From the NCBI GenBank assembly GCA_002269645.1, contig NIVC01001291.1:190412-254411 (forward strand): DNA of 64,000 bases, written 5' to 3'. Position 1 is the stretch's first letter. Every line of letters begins with the position of its first letter. A model generated the notes under the pieces. The model did not search any database, was not told the DNA's origin, and saw nothing but the letters and a program-made list of their open reading frames with translations. This document shows, piece after piece, positions 50,774 through 61,087 of the stretch. Source of the DNA: Macrostomum lignano (Eukaryota). A program made the position numbers and the translations under genes.

Positions 50774-52816
50774 TTATTGCCTTTTAAAAGCCGGTTGAAC
50801 AACTTCAACGACCACCCGACGTCTGCAGATGCCATGAGATCTCACTTCTAGCCAGTGATTGCACCGGGGTACAAACTTAAAGTACCGAAACGTCTTCAGC
50901 GCTGCCAGAAGCCGCAGCAGGTCGAACGCCACGTCGAAATCGCTGATGCACCGCTGGAACGTCTCCGTGACAGACGCTATGAGAAAGTTCAACAGGTTGA
51001 TGCTGACAAACATAAAGAATGCGAAATGAATAATGAGAACGATGGAACTGTCTAGGTTGAAGTTGATCATGTTCAGTATGACTCTCACGGATGAATACAA
51101 AGATAGAGAACCAGTGCTAAAGTCTTGCGTGTCAACCAGGATGAAGAAAATCAAGCTAAACAAAATTATCCAAAAGTAAAGCAGAGGCATGGAAGCCAGG
51201 AAACTTGTCATCATGCTGTGAAATATGAAAAACAGTTTCCCAATGCCTCTTGATACAATCTCCAAATACTGGGAATACTGCAAGAGAACGGATGCGATAA
51301 ATAAAGCATTCGAGCCGAGAAACAGCTGCTCGGTGACCCAGCCAGACCGCTGGTTGATGGGGAGCAGTGTCCGGTACCACCCTGAGTAGTTCGCCCAAAA
51401 GTTGGTGAACAGAACAACTAGGAAGCAGGAGCTGCTGCCAATAGTTACTGCCAGGTAAACGTCGAACATTGTTATACGGACGAATCGGTGCGTGGGTCGC
51501 CAGTTGTCGGCTGTGAGAAGCTTCATCCGCTGACTCCGCTCCAGGAGCCACAGAACAATCTTCACGCAGGCTACGATGACTTTGAAGACCAGAACCGCAA
51601 AAATCACACAAGTGTTTACAAATATTGCCTCGCCGATTCTTGAGCACTTAGTCTGCTTAACTGTCTGATCATTAAACACTTTCCAAAAGAGGGTTGAGTT
51701 CAACAACACGGTCTCATTGAAGCCTAGCTTCTCTGCGGCTGTGAAGGTGGCTTGATTACAGTGAATCAGCAAACCAAAACTTGATACAAGTAGCATTACA
51801 TATTGGCTAAACACCGTCAACAAAAATGCTGCTGGTGGTATGCCCATCACCAACAGCCTTAGAAATGTGATCGCTCGAGTCTGACGGTACGTCAACCGAA
51901 GCCACTGTCGGATGAGAGGGTCCTCCATCAGCTTAGACTTCTTGAGCAACTCGACCTGACTCGACGCTACATAGGTGAGCAGGTGCAGAGGACTCGAGTT
52001 GCACCGGCTCCCGTGACACAGGTCGTAGTCGGTGAGGTCGTAGAGACGGACGGCCCAGCCGCCGGATCGAGTCTCCGATTTCAACAGATAGTTCGGCAGG
52101 TGCAACATCTTGCGGGCCAGTCGGAATGCAGCGAACTTCACGCACGCCTCCAGAGGTCGGAGACCGCTCGAGTCCTCCTGAGTGACCAGCCTGTCTAGCA
52201 GACGAGGCTCTCTACTCAGCGTCGAGAGGAGCGCCGTCTCCAGACGCTTGGCTCGCTTGAACCTCGGCGCGTACATCTGACAGCGAGCCAGACTGTGTAC
52301 AACGGTGCTGCCGTCGAGCTCGAGCTGAGCCGCGTGCTCGGAGCTGTCTTCCAACAGAGCCTCGAACACTCGCACGGACTGCAGCAGAATCGCCAGGTGG
52401 ATCGCGTATCCGAACTGCAGACTGACGAAGCCCCACTTTCGGCGACTTCTCGGCAAGCGACACCGGATCTCGTGGCTTTCGGTCACGTCGACCAGAGGCT
52501 GGGCGAGCCTTCCCGACAGGTCCGGCTTCAAAGCTCGCATGAAGGCGTCAGGGTCGTCATCGACCAGAGCAGCCAGCGCCGCTTCTGCCGATTCCATGCT
52601 TTGCTTCCTTTCCCGAATCATGTTTGCACTTTTTGGCTCTTTCTGCTGCGTTTCGATTTGCTTTAAAATTTCTCGCATACCGAAGTCAGCCAGAAGTGTT
52701 TTATCTGCGTCCACTATATTTGCCTTTCCACTTTGAAACAGTGTAAGAGAATAAGAGTCATGGTCTATGAGAACCGCTCCCTGGCAGACAGACAGAAATA
52801 CAATATGCTTTATCAC
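50774..52816 (-). CDS. TRPV-like cation channel, type B copy 3 (intact)
   Basis: 680-aa ORF. The extra N-terminal 34 aa arise from a deletion in the spacer and are probably not the true start. The body is nearly identical to B2. Confidence 0.85.
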   Translation of the reverse strand: MIKHIVFLSVCQGAVLIDHDSYSLTLFQSGKANIVDADKTLLADFGMREILKQIETQQKEPKSANMIRERKQSMESAEAALAALVDDDPDAFMRALKPDLSGRLAQPLVDVTESHEIRCRLPRSRRKWGFVSLQFGYAIHLAILLQSVRVFEALLEDSSEHAAQLELDGSTVVHSLARCQMYAPRFKRAKRLETALLSTLSREPRLLDRLVTQEDSSGLRPLEACVKFAAFRLARKMLHLPNYLLKSETRSGGWAVRLYDLTDYDLCHGSRCNSSPLHLLTYVASSQVELLKKSKLMEDPLIRQWLRLTYRQTRAITFLRLLVMGIPPAAFLLTVFSQYVMLLVSSFGLLIHCNQATFTAAEKLGFNETVLLNSTLFWKVFNDQTVKQTKCSRIGEAIFVNTCVIFAVLVFKVIVACVKIVLWLLERSQRMKLLTADNWRPTHRFVRITMFDVYLAVTIGSSSCFLVVLFTNFWANYSGWYRTLLPINQRSGWVTEQLFLGSNALFIASVLLQYSQYLEIVSRGIGKLFFIFHSMMTSFLASMPLLYFWIILFSLIFFILVDTQDFSTGSLSLYSSVRVILNMINFNLDSSIVLIIHFAFFMFVSINLLNFLIASVTETFQRCISDFDVAFDLLRLLAALKTFRYFKFVPRCNHWLEVRSHGICRRRVVVEVVQPAFKRQ

Positions 52817-53222
52817 TCAATCGAAAGTGTTGTATTGATGGTTGTCTCGGGGTGGTTTGGTAGGTCTTCAGAATCCCATCGCTGCCACCAATGTTGTACC
52901 TGTGCTACCTACTCGGACAGCGCCAGCACAGTTAAATTGACTTTTCGTCCTTTTGATCGGGAGTCTTCAATCGTAGCGTAGCTAGTGCTGCCACCAGTTC
53001 CTTCAGGTCTCGGCTTTCGATGAGGTGGGCTTCCCGTCGGAACAAAATAAACAAGTAAACGAACTCAGCACCGCGTGCAGATTTGAAGATTAACGAACAA
53101 GGCGTCTGGTCAGCAGATCCAGCTGGGCCCAGTGGGTGGTTGGGAAGGCGATGTAGGCCTCCTTTAGACTTGGGCGTCTATGTTTAGTCAGGCGTATTAC
53201 AGACGGAAACATGGTAGCAGAA

Positions 53223-53429
53223 GAACTGAAACTGAAAGTGAAATCCTTGACGGAAACAAGGGTGAGGGGGGCCCGTACATATATGCTGGGAATCCCCATT
53301 GCACCATTGTGCGCCAGATAGCGTGACTCAGTATCTATTTTTAGAACTGACGTCACCTCCCGCCTTTGAGAAGGCCGGGGTCGTGGTCCCCGTAAACACA
53401 GGCCAGCGAGTGTAGTAAACATGTTTACT
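53223..53429. promoter_or_regulatory. Third copy of the divergent-spacer motif cluster
   Basis: TGACGTCA 53348-53355 and palindrome 53414-53429; all motifs intact. Confidence 0.5.
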
Positions 53430-54198
53430 CCAGGACTCCAGGACTTTTGGACTCCAGGAAAACACGGCTTTTCATGTGACTTGCTCAAATGACAGAGGAA
53501 AACAGGACCACCAATAGTGACCTCAAGACTGGAGTAAAAGGAAGAGCAGACCACAGCACAGATGTCCATGGCTGCAAACACGGCTTGGAGATTGGAGCTC
53601 GTAGACAAGTTTTCGTCGGTTTTTAAAACAGTCAAGAAATTTGTTGCTAGACTTGAGCTATTGCCAGTTCCCTTGATTGAATCTTGATTATCGAGATTTA
53701 AACTTAAATTTGCATGCTAAAAAGCTCAAATACGGAGATGCCTTTCTGGAACCGGATCGTTACTCAATTCAACGGCTAAAAAATTCAACCATAGTTTTTA
53801 ATATCAATATATGAGCACCTTTTTGCTGGAGAGCCGTTGCTCTTCAGAGTGGCTCCCAAAAAGTTTCGCTGCAATAAACTCAGGCTATGCAGAAATAAGT
53901 TACATAGCATTATTAGGCTACTTTCTTCGCCAAATCAATTCATTTGATAATGTTGTTTGCTCTGCGCCATCGAGACCATACCTGCCTGACTTTATCGCTA
54001 GAACTGACTCTAGTTCAGTGGCCTTTGTTTGTTCAGGCTGGTCAAATGTTTTGGAGAAAAATGTACACTTGTGACCAGCGATTCCCTGTATATTGATTTG
54101 CTGGCAGCTATACTTTGCAAAGCTCATAAAAGCAGCGCACCAGAAAACTAACAGAGATCGGACTGATTCTGCGGCAAACTGTTCAGCTGCACAAAGTA

Positions 54199-56121
54199 AT
54201 GGGCGAAGGGATCCCGGCTACTAACGACTTTATCAGAGTTCGCTCCAGCAACAGAATTTCACTTCTTGCAGGTAATCGGGTGCTGCCGAGTCAGAACGAT
54301 ACAAACTTGAAAGAGTTGTTCAACATGGAATCAGCAGAGGCGGCGCTGGCTGCTCTGGTCGATGACGACCCTGACGCCTTCATGCGAGCTTTGAAGCCGG
54401 ACCTGTCGGGAAGGCTCGCCCAGCCTCTGGTCGACGTGACCGAAAGCCACGAGATCCGGTGTCGCTTGCCGAGAAGTCGCCGAAAGTGGGGCTTCGTCAG
54501 TCTGCAGTTCGGATACGCGATCCACCTGGCGATTCTGCTGCAGTCCGTGCGAGTGTTCGAGGCTCTGTTGGAAGACAGCTCCGAGCACGCGGCTCAGCTC
54601 GAGCTCGACGGCAGCACCGTTGTACACAGTCTGGCTCGCTGCCAGATGTACGCGCCGAGGTTCAAGCGAGCCAAGCGTCTGGAGACGGCGCTCCTCTCGA
54701 CGCTGAGTAGAGAGCCTCGTCTGCTAGACAGGCTGGTCACTCAGGAGGACTCGAGCGGTCTCCGACCTCTGGAGGCGTGCGTGAAGTTCGCTGCATTCCG
54801 ACTGGCCCGCAAGATGTTGCACCTGCCGAACTATCTGTTGAAATCGGAGACTCGATCCGGCGGCTGGGCCGTCTGTCTCTACGACCTCACCGACTACGAC
54901 CTGTGTCACGGGAGCCGGTGCAACTCGAGTCCTCTGCACCTGCTCACCTATGTAGCGTCGAGTCAGGTCGAGTCACTCAAGAAGTCCAAGCTGATGGAGG
55001 ACCCTCTCATCCGACAGTGGCTTCGGTTGACGTACCGTCAGACTCGAGCGATCACATTTCTGAGGCTGCTGGTGATGAGCGTTCCAACATCGGTATTTCT
55101 TCTCACAGCTGTGAACGAATCAATCATGCTGACGGTGGCCTGTTTTGGCAACCTCATTCACTGCAACCGAGCAACCTTTGCCGCCGCTTTTCGGGCAGGC
55201 TACAACACATCGTCTCTTTCCAACACGACGCTGTACCATGAGATTTTTAACAGCCAGTCGGTAAAGAATTATAGTTGCGGTGAATTATTTGACTCGATGC
55301 TTTTGAGCTATTTAATGATAACATTTGTCTCCGTGTTTCATATGGTCATTATGCTCATCAAGTTGGTGCTCTATTTTGTTGAGTGCCAGCGAAAGATAAG
55401 GACTGTGGCGCCCATCGACAGCTCAACTGGGCGCTTTGTGCGCCGCTCGACTTTTGATTTCTATCAGGCGGTGGCTTTCGTAAGCGGCATCAGCTTTTTT
55501 ATATTCGCTTCAGCACTGCAACTAAAAAATTTTTATGAATACTTTGAGCCAAGAGGTGTAATGGAACAGCTTTTAATTGGGTCCAACACTCTCTTCATCG
55601 CGTTCACGCTGCTGCACTTTGCGCAGTACATGGAGATCGTGACGAAGTCGGTCGGGAAGCTCTTCTTCACCTTCCACTGCATGCTGTCCAGCTTCCTGGC
55701 CGCGCTGCCGCTGCTGTTCTACTGGATCATTCTCTTCAGCCTGGACTTCTTCATCTTGGTCGACTCGCCCGACTTCGAGACCGGCCTGTTGTCGCTCTAC
55801 TCGTCGGTCAAGGTCATCCTCAACATGATCACCTTCAGCTTGGACAGCGTGATGGTTCTCATCATCCACGTGCTGTTCTTCGTGTTTGTGGGCCTCAACC
55901 TGCTGAACTATCTCATCGCGTTCGTCACAGAGACGTTCCAGCGGTGCATCAGCGACTTCGATGTGGCCTTCGACCTGCTGCGACTTCTGACAGCATTGAA
56001 GACGTTTCGGTACTTCGGGTTCGTGTTTCGGTGCAAGCACTGGCTCGAGGTGAGGTCTCACGGCAGCTGTAGACGTCGAGTGGTCGTCGAGGTTACTCAT
56101 CCGGTTTTCAAGAAGTTTTAA
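54199..56121 (+). CDS. TRPV-like cation channel, type C (intact, 640 aa): A-like N-terminus and S5-S6, unique S1-S4 segment and tail
   Basis: Near-identical to type A up to ~55171 and from ~55577 to ~56077; distinct sequence in between and a short B-length C-terminus (THPVFKKF*). Confidence 0.87.
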   Translation: MGEGIPATNDFIRVRSSNRISLLAGNRVLPSQNDTNLKELFNMESAEAALAALVDDDPDAFMRALKPDLSGRLAQPLVDVTESHEIRCRLPRSRRKWGFVSLQFGYAIHLAILLQSVRVFEALLEDSSEHAAQLELDGSTVVHSLARCQMYAPRFKRAKRLETALLSTLSREPRLLDRLVTQEDSSGLRPLEACVKFAAFRLARKMLHLPNYLLKSETRSGGWAVCLYDLTDYDLCHGSRCNSSPLHLLTYVASSQVESLKKSKLMEDPLIRQWLRLTYRQTRAITFLRLLVMSVPTSVFLLTAVNESIMLTVACFGNLIHCNRATFAAAFRAGYNTSSLSNTTLYHEIFNSQSVKNYSCGELFDSMLLSYLMITFVSVFHMVIMLIKLVLYFVECQRKIRTVAPIDSSTGRFVRRSTFDFYQAVAFVSGISFFIFASALQLKNFYEYFEPRGVMEQLLIGSNTLFIAFTLLHFAQYMEIVTKSVGKLFFTFHCMLSSFLAALPLLFYWIILFSLDFFILVDSPDFETGLLSLYSSVKVILNMITFSLDSVMVLIIHVLFFVFVGLNLLNYLIAFVTETFQRCISDFDVAFDLLRLLTALKTFRYFGFVFRCKHWLEVRSHGSCRRRVVVEVTHPVFKKF

Positions 56122-57268
56122 ATGGTTAAAAGCATGCGGATAGATCTGCCGTAAAAATATTTGACAGGTTTTTTTTGCAAATAAAAGGTTTATGTATCGA
56201 TTTAAAGGTCCCCTTGAAATTCTATACCGTTATGTGCATCTAAAAAACGTTGTGATACTTTGTGAACCTCGTCACACCTCAATCAAAGAAGTCCAAATTC
56301 CGTGTCATAATGCAGCTTATATTTCGTCGTTAATTACATATCAGTCGTGTAATTTGATGGCTGATGGCTTAAAAATAATTGGATGCTGTGTGAACGAGTA
56401 TTTACAATCAATGGACTTTTTTTTCTTTTACTACTCGACAAAGGATTAAAAGATGTTTATTAACTAATTTGAAGAGACTAATAAGTCTCGGAACGTTCTT
56501 CAATGTCATGTCAAAAAATCCATGTGAAAATGGACGTGTACGCAATTGCGCAATGCACGACCACCATGACTTGTTTTCCTAAGTAAAAAGTCAATTAGCT
56601 CGTCGCTGATGTCACACAAAGTGTGTACATTTCCTATTCTGATTTGTAGGACTGTCAGACTTATTGTATTTGAAGAGCCTGCCATGGAGCTGCATCACTA
56701 GTACAAGGACAACTGAAGTTACGTTATATATAGGACGCGACACTCAGCTTTCGTGGAAATTTTTTTGGAGGCCCGTAAGCCGTATAAAGTTCTACGTACA
56801 TAAGCCTAGGATTCGACCGCTACAAATAGAGCACAGGACTGTGTGTGTTGTTATAAACCATTCAGGTTTTCATTTCTTACTAAACTTGATAAGCTGACTT
56901 CACCTACTAATTAAAATAATTATATCACGTTCCTTTAATGGCCAATGACATTATGCATTTTTTTGTTTGGATTTGTGAAATACTGGTTTTCTTGTTTTCT
57001 TTTTTGCTGACAAACATGGTTTCTTTATATTACAATTGTCAACAAGAGACCAAGAGACCAAGACAACAAAGCAAAAATTTTATACTTATTATAGCTGTAG
57101 GTTGCTTACTTACATTTTAACGAAGAACAAAATTCTGGACCTAACACCGAAAGAATTAGCTTTCTACGTGCAACTAGTCGCGAATTACATATTTGTGAAG
57201 ACCATGCCTCCAATAAAAATTACACGATACGCGAGTGTTGCGTCCTACTACTTAAGTTGTCCTTGCAC

Positions 57269-59173
57269 GGGATAGCGACGTTTGCCTGCGGGACGTTTGC
57301 CAGCCGACGTTTGCCTGCGGGAAGTTTGCCAGTCGACGTTTGCCAGCCGACGTTTGCCAGCCGACGTTTGCCTGCGGGACGTTTGCCAGCCGACGTTTGC
57401 CTGCGGGACGTTTGCCTGCGGGACGTTTGCCAGCCGACGTTAGCCAGCCGACATTTGCCAGCCGACGTTTGCCAGCCGATGTTTGCCAGCCGACGTTTAC
57501 CAGCCGAAGTTTGCCTGCGGGACGTTTGCCTGCAGGACGTTTGCCTGCAGGACGTTTGCCTGCAGGACGTTTGCCAGCCGACGTTTGCCAGCCGACGTTT
57601 GCCTGCGGGACGTTTGCCTGCAGGACGTTTGCCTGCAGGACGTTTGCCAGCCGACGTTTGCCAGCCGACGTTTGCCAGCCGACGTTTGCCTGCGGGACGT
57701 TTGCCTGCAGGACGTTTGCCTGCAGGACGTTTGCCTGCAGGACGTTTGCCAGCCGACATTTGCCAGCCAACTGCTATATATTTAGCTATATATATTTATG
57801 CTATATTTAGCAGTTGTAACATTATAAAAACTAAATATATACTCGTAAAAAGTTTCGTGTATGCCCCACCATTTTCAGCTGAGTGGCGAAATAATATTTT
57901 ATTGATTGCGAATAAAAATAAAACACCAACATTAGGAGTTTTGAGTAGTGCGTAATAATTTGAAAATTTGAATTCGGTGTTTGTGTTTGTGTTCGGTGTC
58001 TGGTTCTGTTCCCAGAACCAGAACCAATTTGTGAAGTATAACTTTTTGTCTCCATAACTAGAGGGAGATACATGCTATAAAGTTTTTATTATTGAATGAC
58101 AATCGCCAAGAAGAAAGTGAAAAATAGTGCTAAGTGAGGTTGTTAAGGCAGTCAAACATTCAACAGAATTAAATAGGCCCTAGTTATACTACTGTTTTTC
58201 TTGGAAGATCCGAACCAATTCTAATTCTGGAATTGGTAATAGGCCTATGAAAAGCCTCTATGATCCGGCCTGAAGCCTCTTCACATTACCAATTCCAGAA
58301 CCAGAATCGGTTCGCATCTTCTAGAAAAACAGCTGTATAGGTCTAAATTTTTAACCCTGGTGTAGGCCTAAGCCTAATGAATCATGAATTATGTCAATTT
58401 TAACTTTTTTGCATGTCATGGCTAAGCCTACATATATGTAGATTGTAGAACAATGTCACTGACTTTATTGTCAGTGACGCTTTGGTTCTGCTAGTTCTGC
58501 TAGTTTTGGTTACATCAGTTGCTTTGGTACATACATGCATGTTACTAAAACCTACCTAAAATATCAATAAGACGAAGAGCGTTCTAAGTTCTAAGTAGTT
58601 TGTTACGAGCGTAGTAACCTGTATATTTAATAGCAGTTAGTAGGCAGCGAAGTGGAATTATTAGTGCTATGTCCACAGTTTTCAAATGCAAGTTGTAAGC
58701 CTAGAGAGGGCATACTTCTTTAACCAATTGCCGCCTGCGACTGTCCGGCTGGCAAACGTCCCGCAGGCAAATGTCGGCTGGCAAACGTCGGCTGGCAAAC
58801 GTCCCGCTGGCAAACGTCGGCTGGCAAACGTCCCGCTGGCAAACGTCGGCTGGCAAACGTCCCGCTGGCAAACGTCGGCTGGCAAACTTCCCGCAGGCAA
58901 ACGTCCCGCAGGCAAACGTCGACAGGCAAACGTCCCGCAGGCAAACGTCGGCTGGCAAACGTCCCGCTGGCAAACGTCGGCTGGCAAACGTCCCGCAGGC
59001 AAACGTCGGCTGGCAAACGTCCCGCTGGCCAACGTCGGCTGGCAAACGTCGGCTGGCAAACGTCCCGCTGGCCAACGTCGGCTGGCAAACGTCGGCTGGC
59101 AAACGTCGGCTGGCAAACGTCCCGCAGGCAAACGTCGGCTGGTAAACGTCCGGCAGGCAAACATCGTAGACCC
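57269..59173. mobile_element. Non-autonomous foldback-type DNA transposon with tandemly repeated terminal inverted arms
   Basis: Left arm 57269-57770 (GACGTTTGCCTGCGG/GACGTTTGCCAGCC units) and right arm ~58747-59173 are reverse complements. The termini read GGG-N4-CGAYGTTTGCC. Flanking direct repeat (C)CTTGCAC at 57261-57268 and 59173-59180. No transposase ORF. Confidence 0.8.
58185..58339. repeat. Nested inverted repeat (~55-bp arms, 44-bp loop) inside the foldback element
   Basis: TATACTACTGTTTTTCTTGGAAGATCCGAACCAATTCTAATTCTGGAATTGGTAAT pairs with ATTACCAATTCCAGAACCAGAATCGGTTCGCATCTTCTAGAAAAACAGCTGTATA. Confidence 0.85.
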
Positions 59174-61087
59174 CTTGCACTCGTATTGAAAAGACTTGTT
59201 TGCACCTGGGTCGAGCCGAGTGCAGATCCAACATTGCAAAGGCGATTTAAGCGAGTTAAACGCAATGGGTTGCGTCTGTTCCTGTTTGAGAAGTCGAGCA
59301 GCAAAGTTGATACGAGCTACGGATGCTTTTTTTAGCGAAGAAACCAGACAGCAAGCTGGGAACAGCAGCGTCATCCACTGCTGAGGGCATTCAGAAGATT
59401 ACTAAACTCAAGCCTGGGAGAAGTCATCGCAGAAATCATTGAAAGCCCCGACGATTCGTACTCGGTGTCAGGACAGTCTCGTGACAGAGCCTACGAAGAT
59501 GCCAAGTATAATCGAGATGCAAAGCCGACACAACTGTTGAAATTTTAAGGTGCCCGTTTGAAAAAGTGTGTCAAAACACAATGGCTTTGCATAGCAGTGT
59601 CAGAGTGGCAGCGATAGTCTATGGCCAGCCCTGCTGACAAAGACAGCAGAAGCGGATTTTTTCATGCTTCGGCGTGAAGGAGATCTATTAGCACCATCTA
59701 GTCAGTGAAAAAAATATAAACCAGTTTAGACTGGGCATACATTGTCGGCTGATTTTCCATGCAAGAATGGCATTCTTGCACTCTTTTGCGTGCAGGAATG
59801 GATGTCTATGGTAAAATCTCACTGAAAAAGCATTAGGCGCAGAAATGCATTCCTGCACGGTTTTGTGCATTCCTGCACGATGAATCATCCGACAATGGAA
59901 TTCCTTCACGTTCACTCGTGCGTGAAGGACATCGTGCACTCGTGCGCTAGCGCGCACTCGCTTGGTCAGAATAAACTTCAGGGATTGCCGTCAGGACTTC
60001 AAGCTGGTGGGTATAATTCTCGACAGGAAAAGCTCTGTACAACTCAGACTGACTCATTTATAAATTACAAAAATATATCAGCTACCAGCGGCTAAGGCTT
60101 TTAGTCACAGCGAGCTTGAGATAGACAAATACTGCGGTTATCTATAGTAGTGCCATCAAGAAGTCTCTGGCCGCGAGAGTTTCACTAGGATTATAAGATG
60201 CGTAGTCTTTATCAGAACTTCAGAAGCATATGTCAGAATGCGAGCCACCAGCTGGATATCCGTGAGCCCCACAGTGAGCCTCATGGGTGTTCTAAACCTG
60301 TGAAAAGTCTCGTCCAGCTGGTGGCTGTTTTCAATGCTCGTTAATCGGTAAAATGTCATATCATTTTGTTTTAATCACCAGATATCATTTTTACGGAGCG
60401 GAAACTCGCTTTTCAAATCAAAAGACCTTTTTATATACTGTATTGAATAATTGGCCAGCCTTTAAAACGCAGTTTATTTATCTTCATATCACGGTTTTCA
60501 ATGAAGCCAACACTCTTGTTGCGTAACAGCTGAAAATCTAAATGGTGATTTAGCCACCTGCTATTACTGATGTTGTTATTTAGATAACTTAATCTTCGCA
60601 CAGCGGGGTAAAACGACTTTATTCATAGCAAAAGAATCTCGAAAATTATATAGATAAGATGATGAAATGAAAACAATAAAAATCTTACAACAGTTCATGC
60701 TTTCGGATGCAGTGATCGATGAAAAATGGCAGAAGACTAAATCCGGCGATAGAAAAAAATAGCAAACTTTTGTAACTTGACGCAGCTATCAAAAATATAA
60801 ATATTTACGGATTTTTATGACTACCTTGCTTAAATGAAGCATATGCTTCTGAGATTCTAAGAGCTCTTGTTTACAAAGTATGCTAAGACCTTTATGACTG
60901 GTATTGTCACCACCCCCCTTGTCCTCATCATCAAACTCTCAAACTATTTTCTTGCTTTATCAGAATCAAAATATATGCTAAAAAATTTTTCGATTTTCAC
61001 TAGCCAGTCTACTAGTAGTAGTAGCAAAATAAGAGTTTTTATTCTACAAAAGCATAATTAACTATGATCTGCATAGGAAACTGTAAG

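Larger units (their letters stand above)
32508..55171. repeat. Tandem segmental array, ~7.37-kb unit (A-type gene +, convergent spacer, B-type gene -, divergent spacer), about three units
   Basis: Equivalent ORFs recur at 7363-7370-bp offsets (36046/43409/50774; 39756/47121). The last spacer is 287 bp shorter (54199). Confidence 0.97.

Noticed and set aside
32485-56100. Many short antisense or alternative-frame ORFs inside the channel genes (for example MSLAEKSPK..., MQRTRVAPA...)
   Set aside because: By-products of GC-rich codon usage in the real reading frames.
56545-56554. Perfect C/EBP palindrome ATTGCGCAAT
   Set aside because: Single isolated motif; not enough support on its own.
57220-59374. 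ORFs with AGKRP, DVCQP or ANVGWQ repeats
   Set aside because: Translations of the transposon arm repeats.
59764-59900. Short inverted CATTCCTGCACG / CGTGCAGGAATG repeats as a MITE
   Set aside because: Only ~12-bp matches, with no definable termini or TSD.
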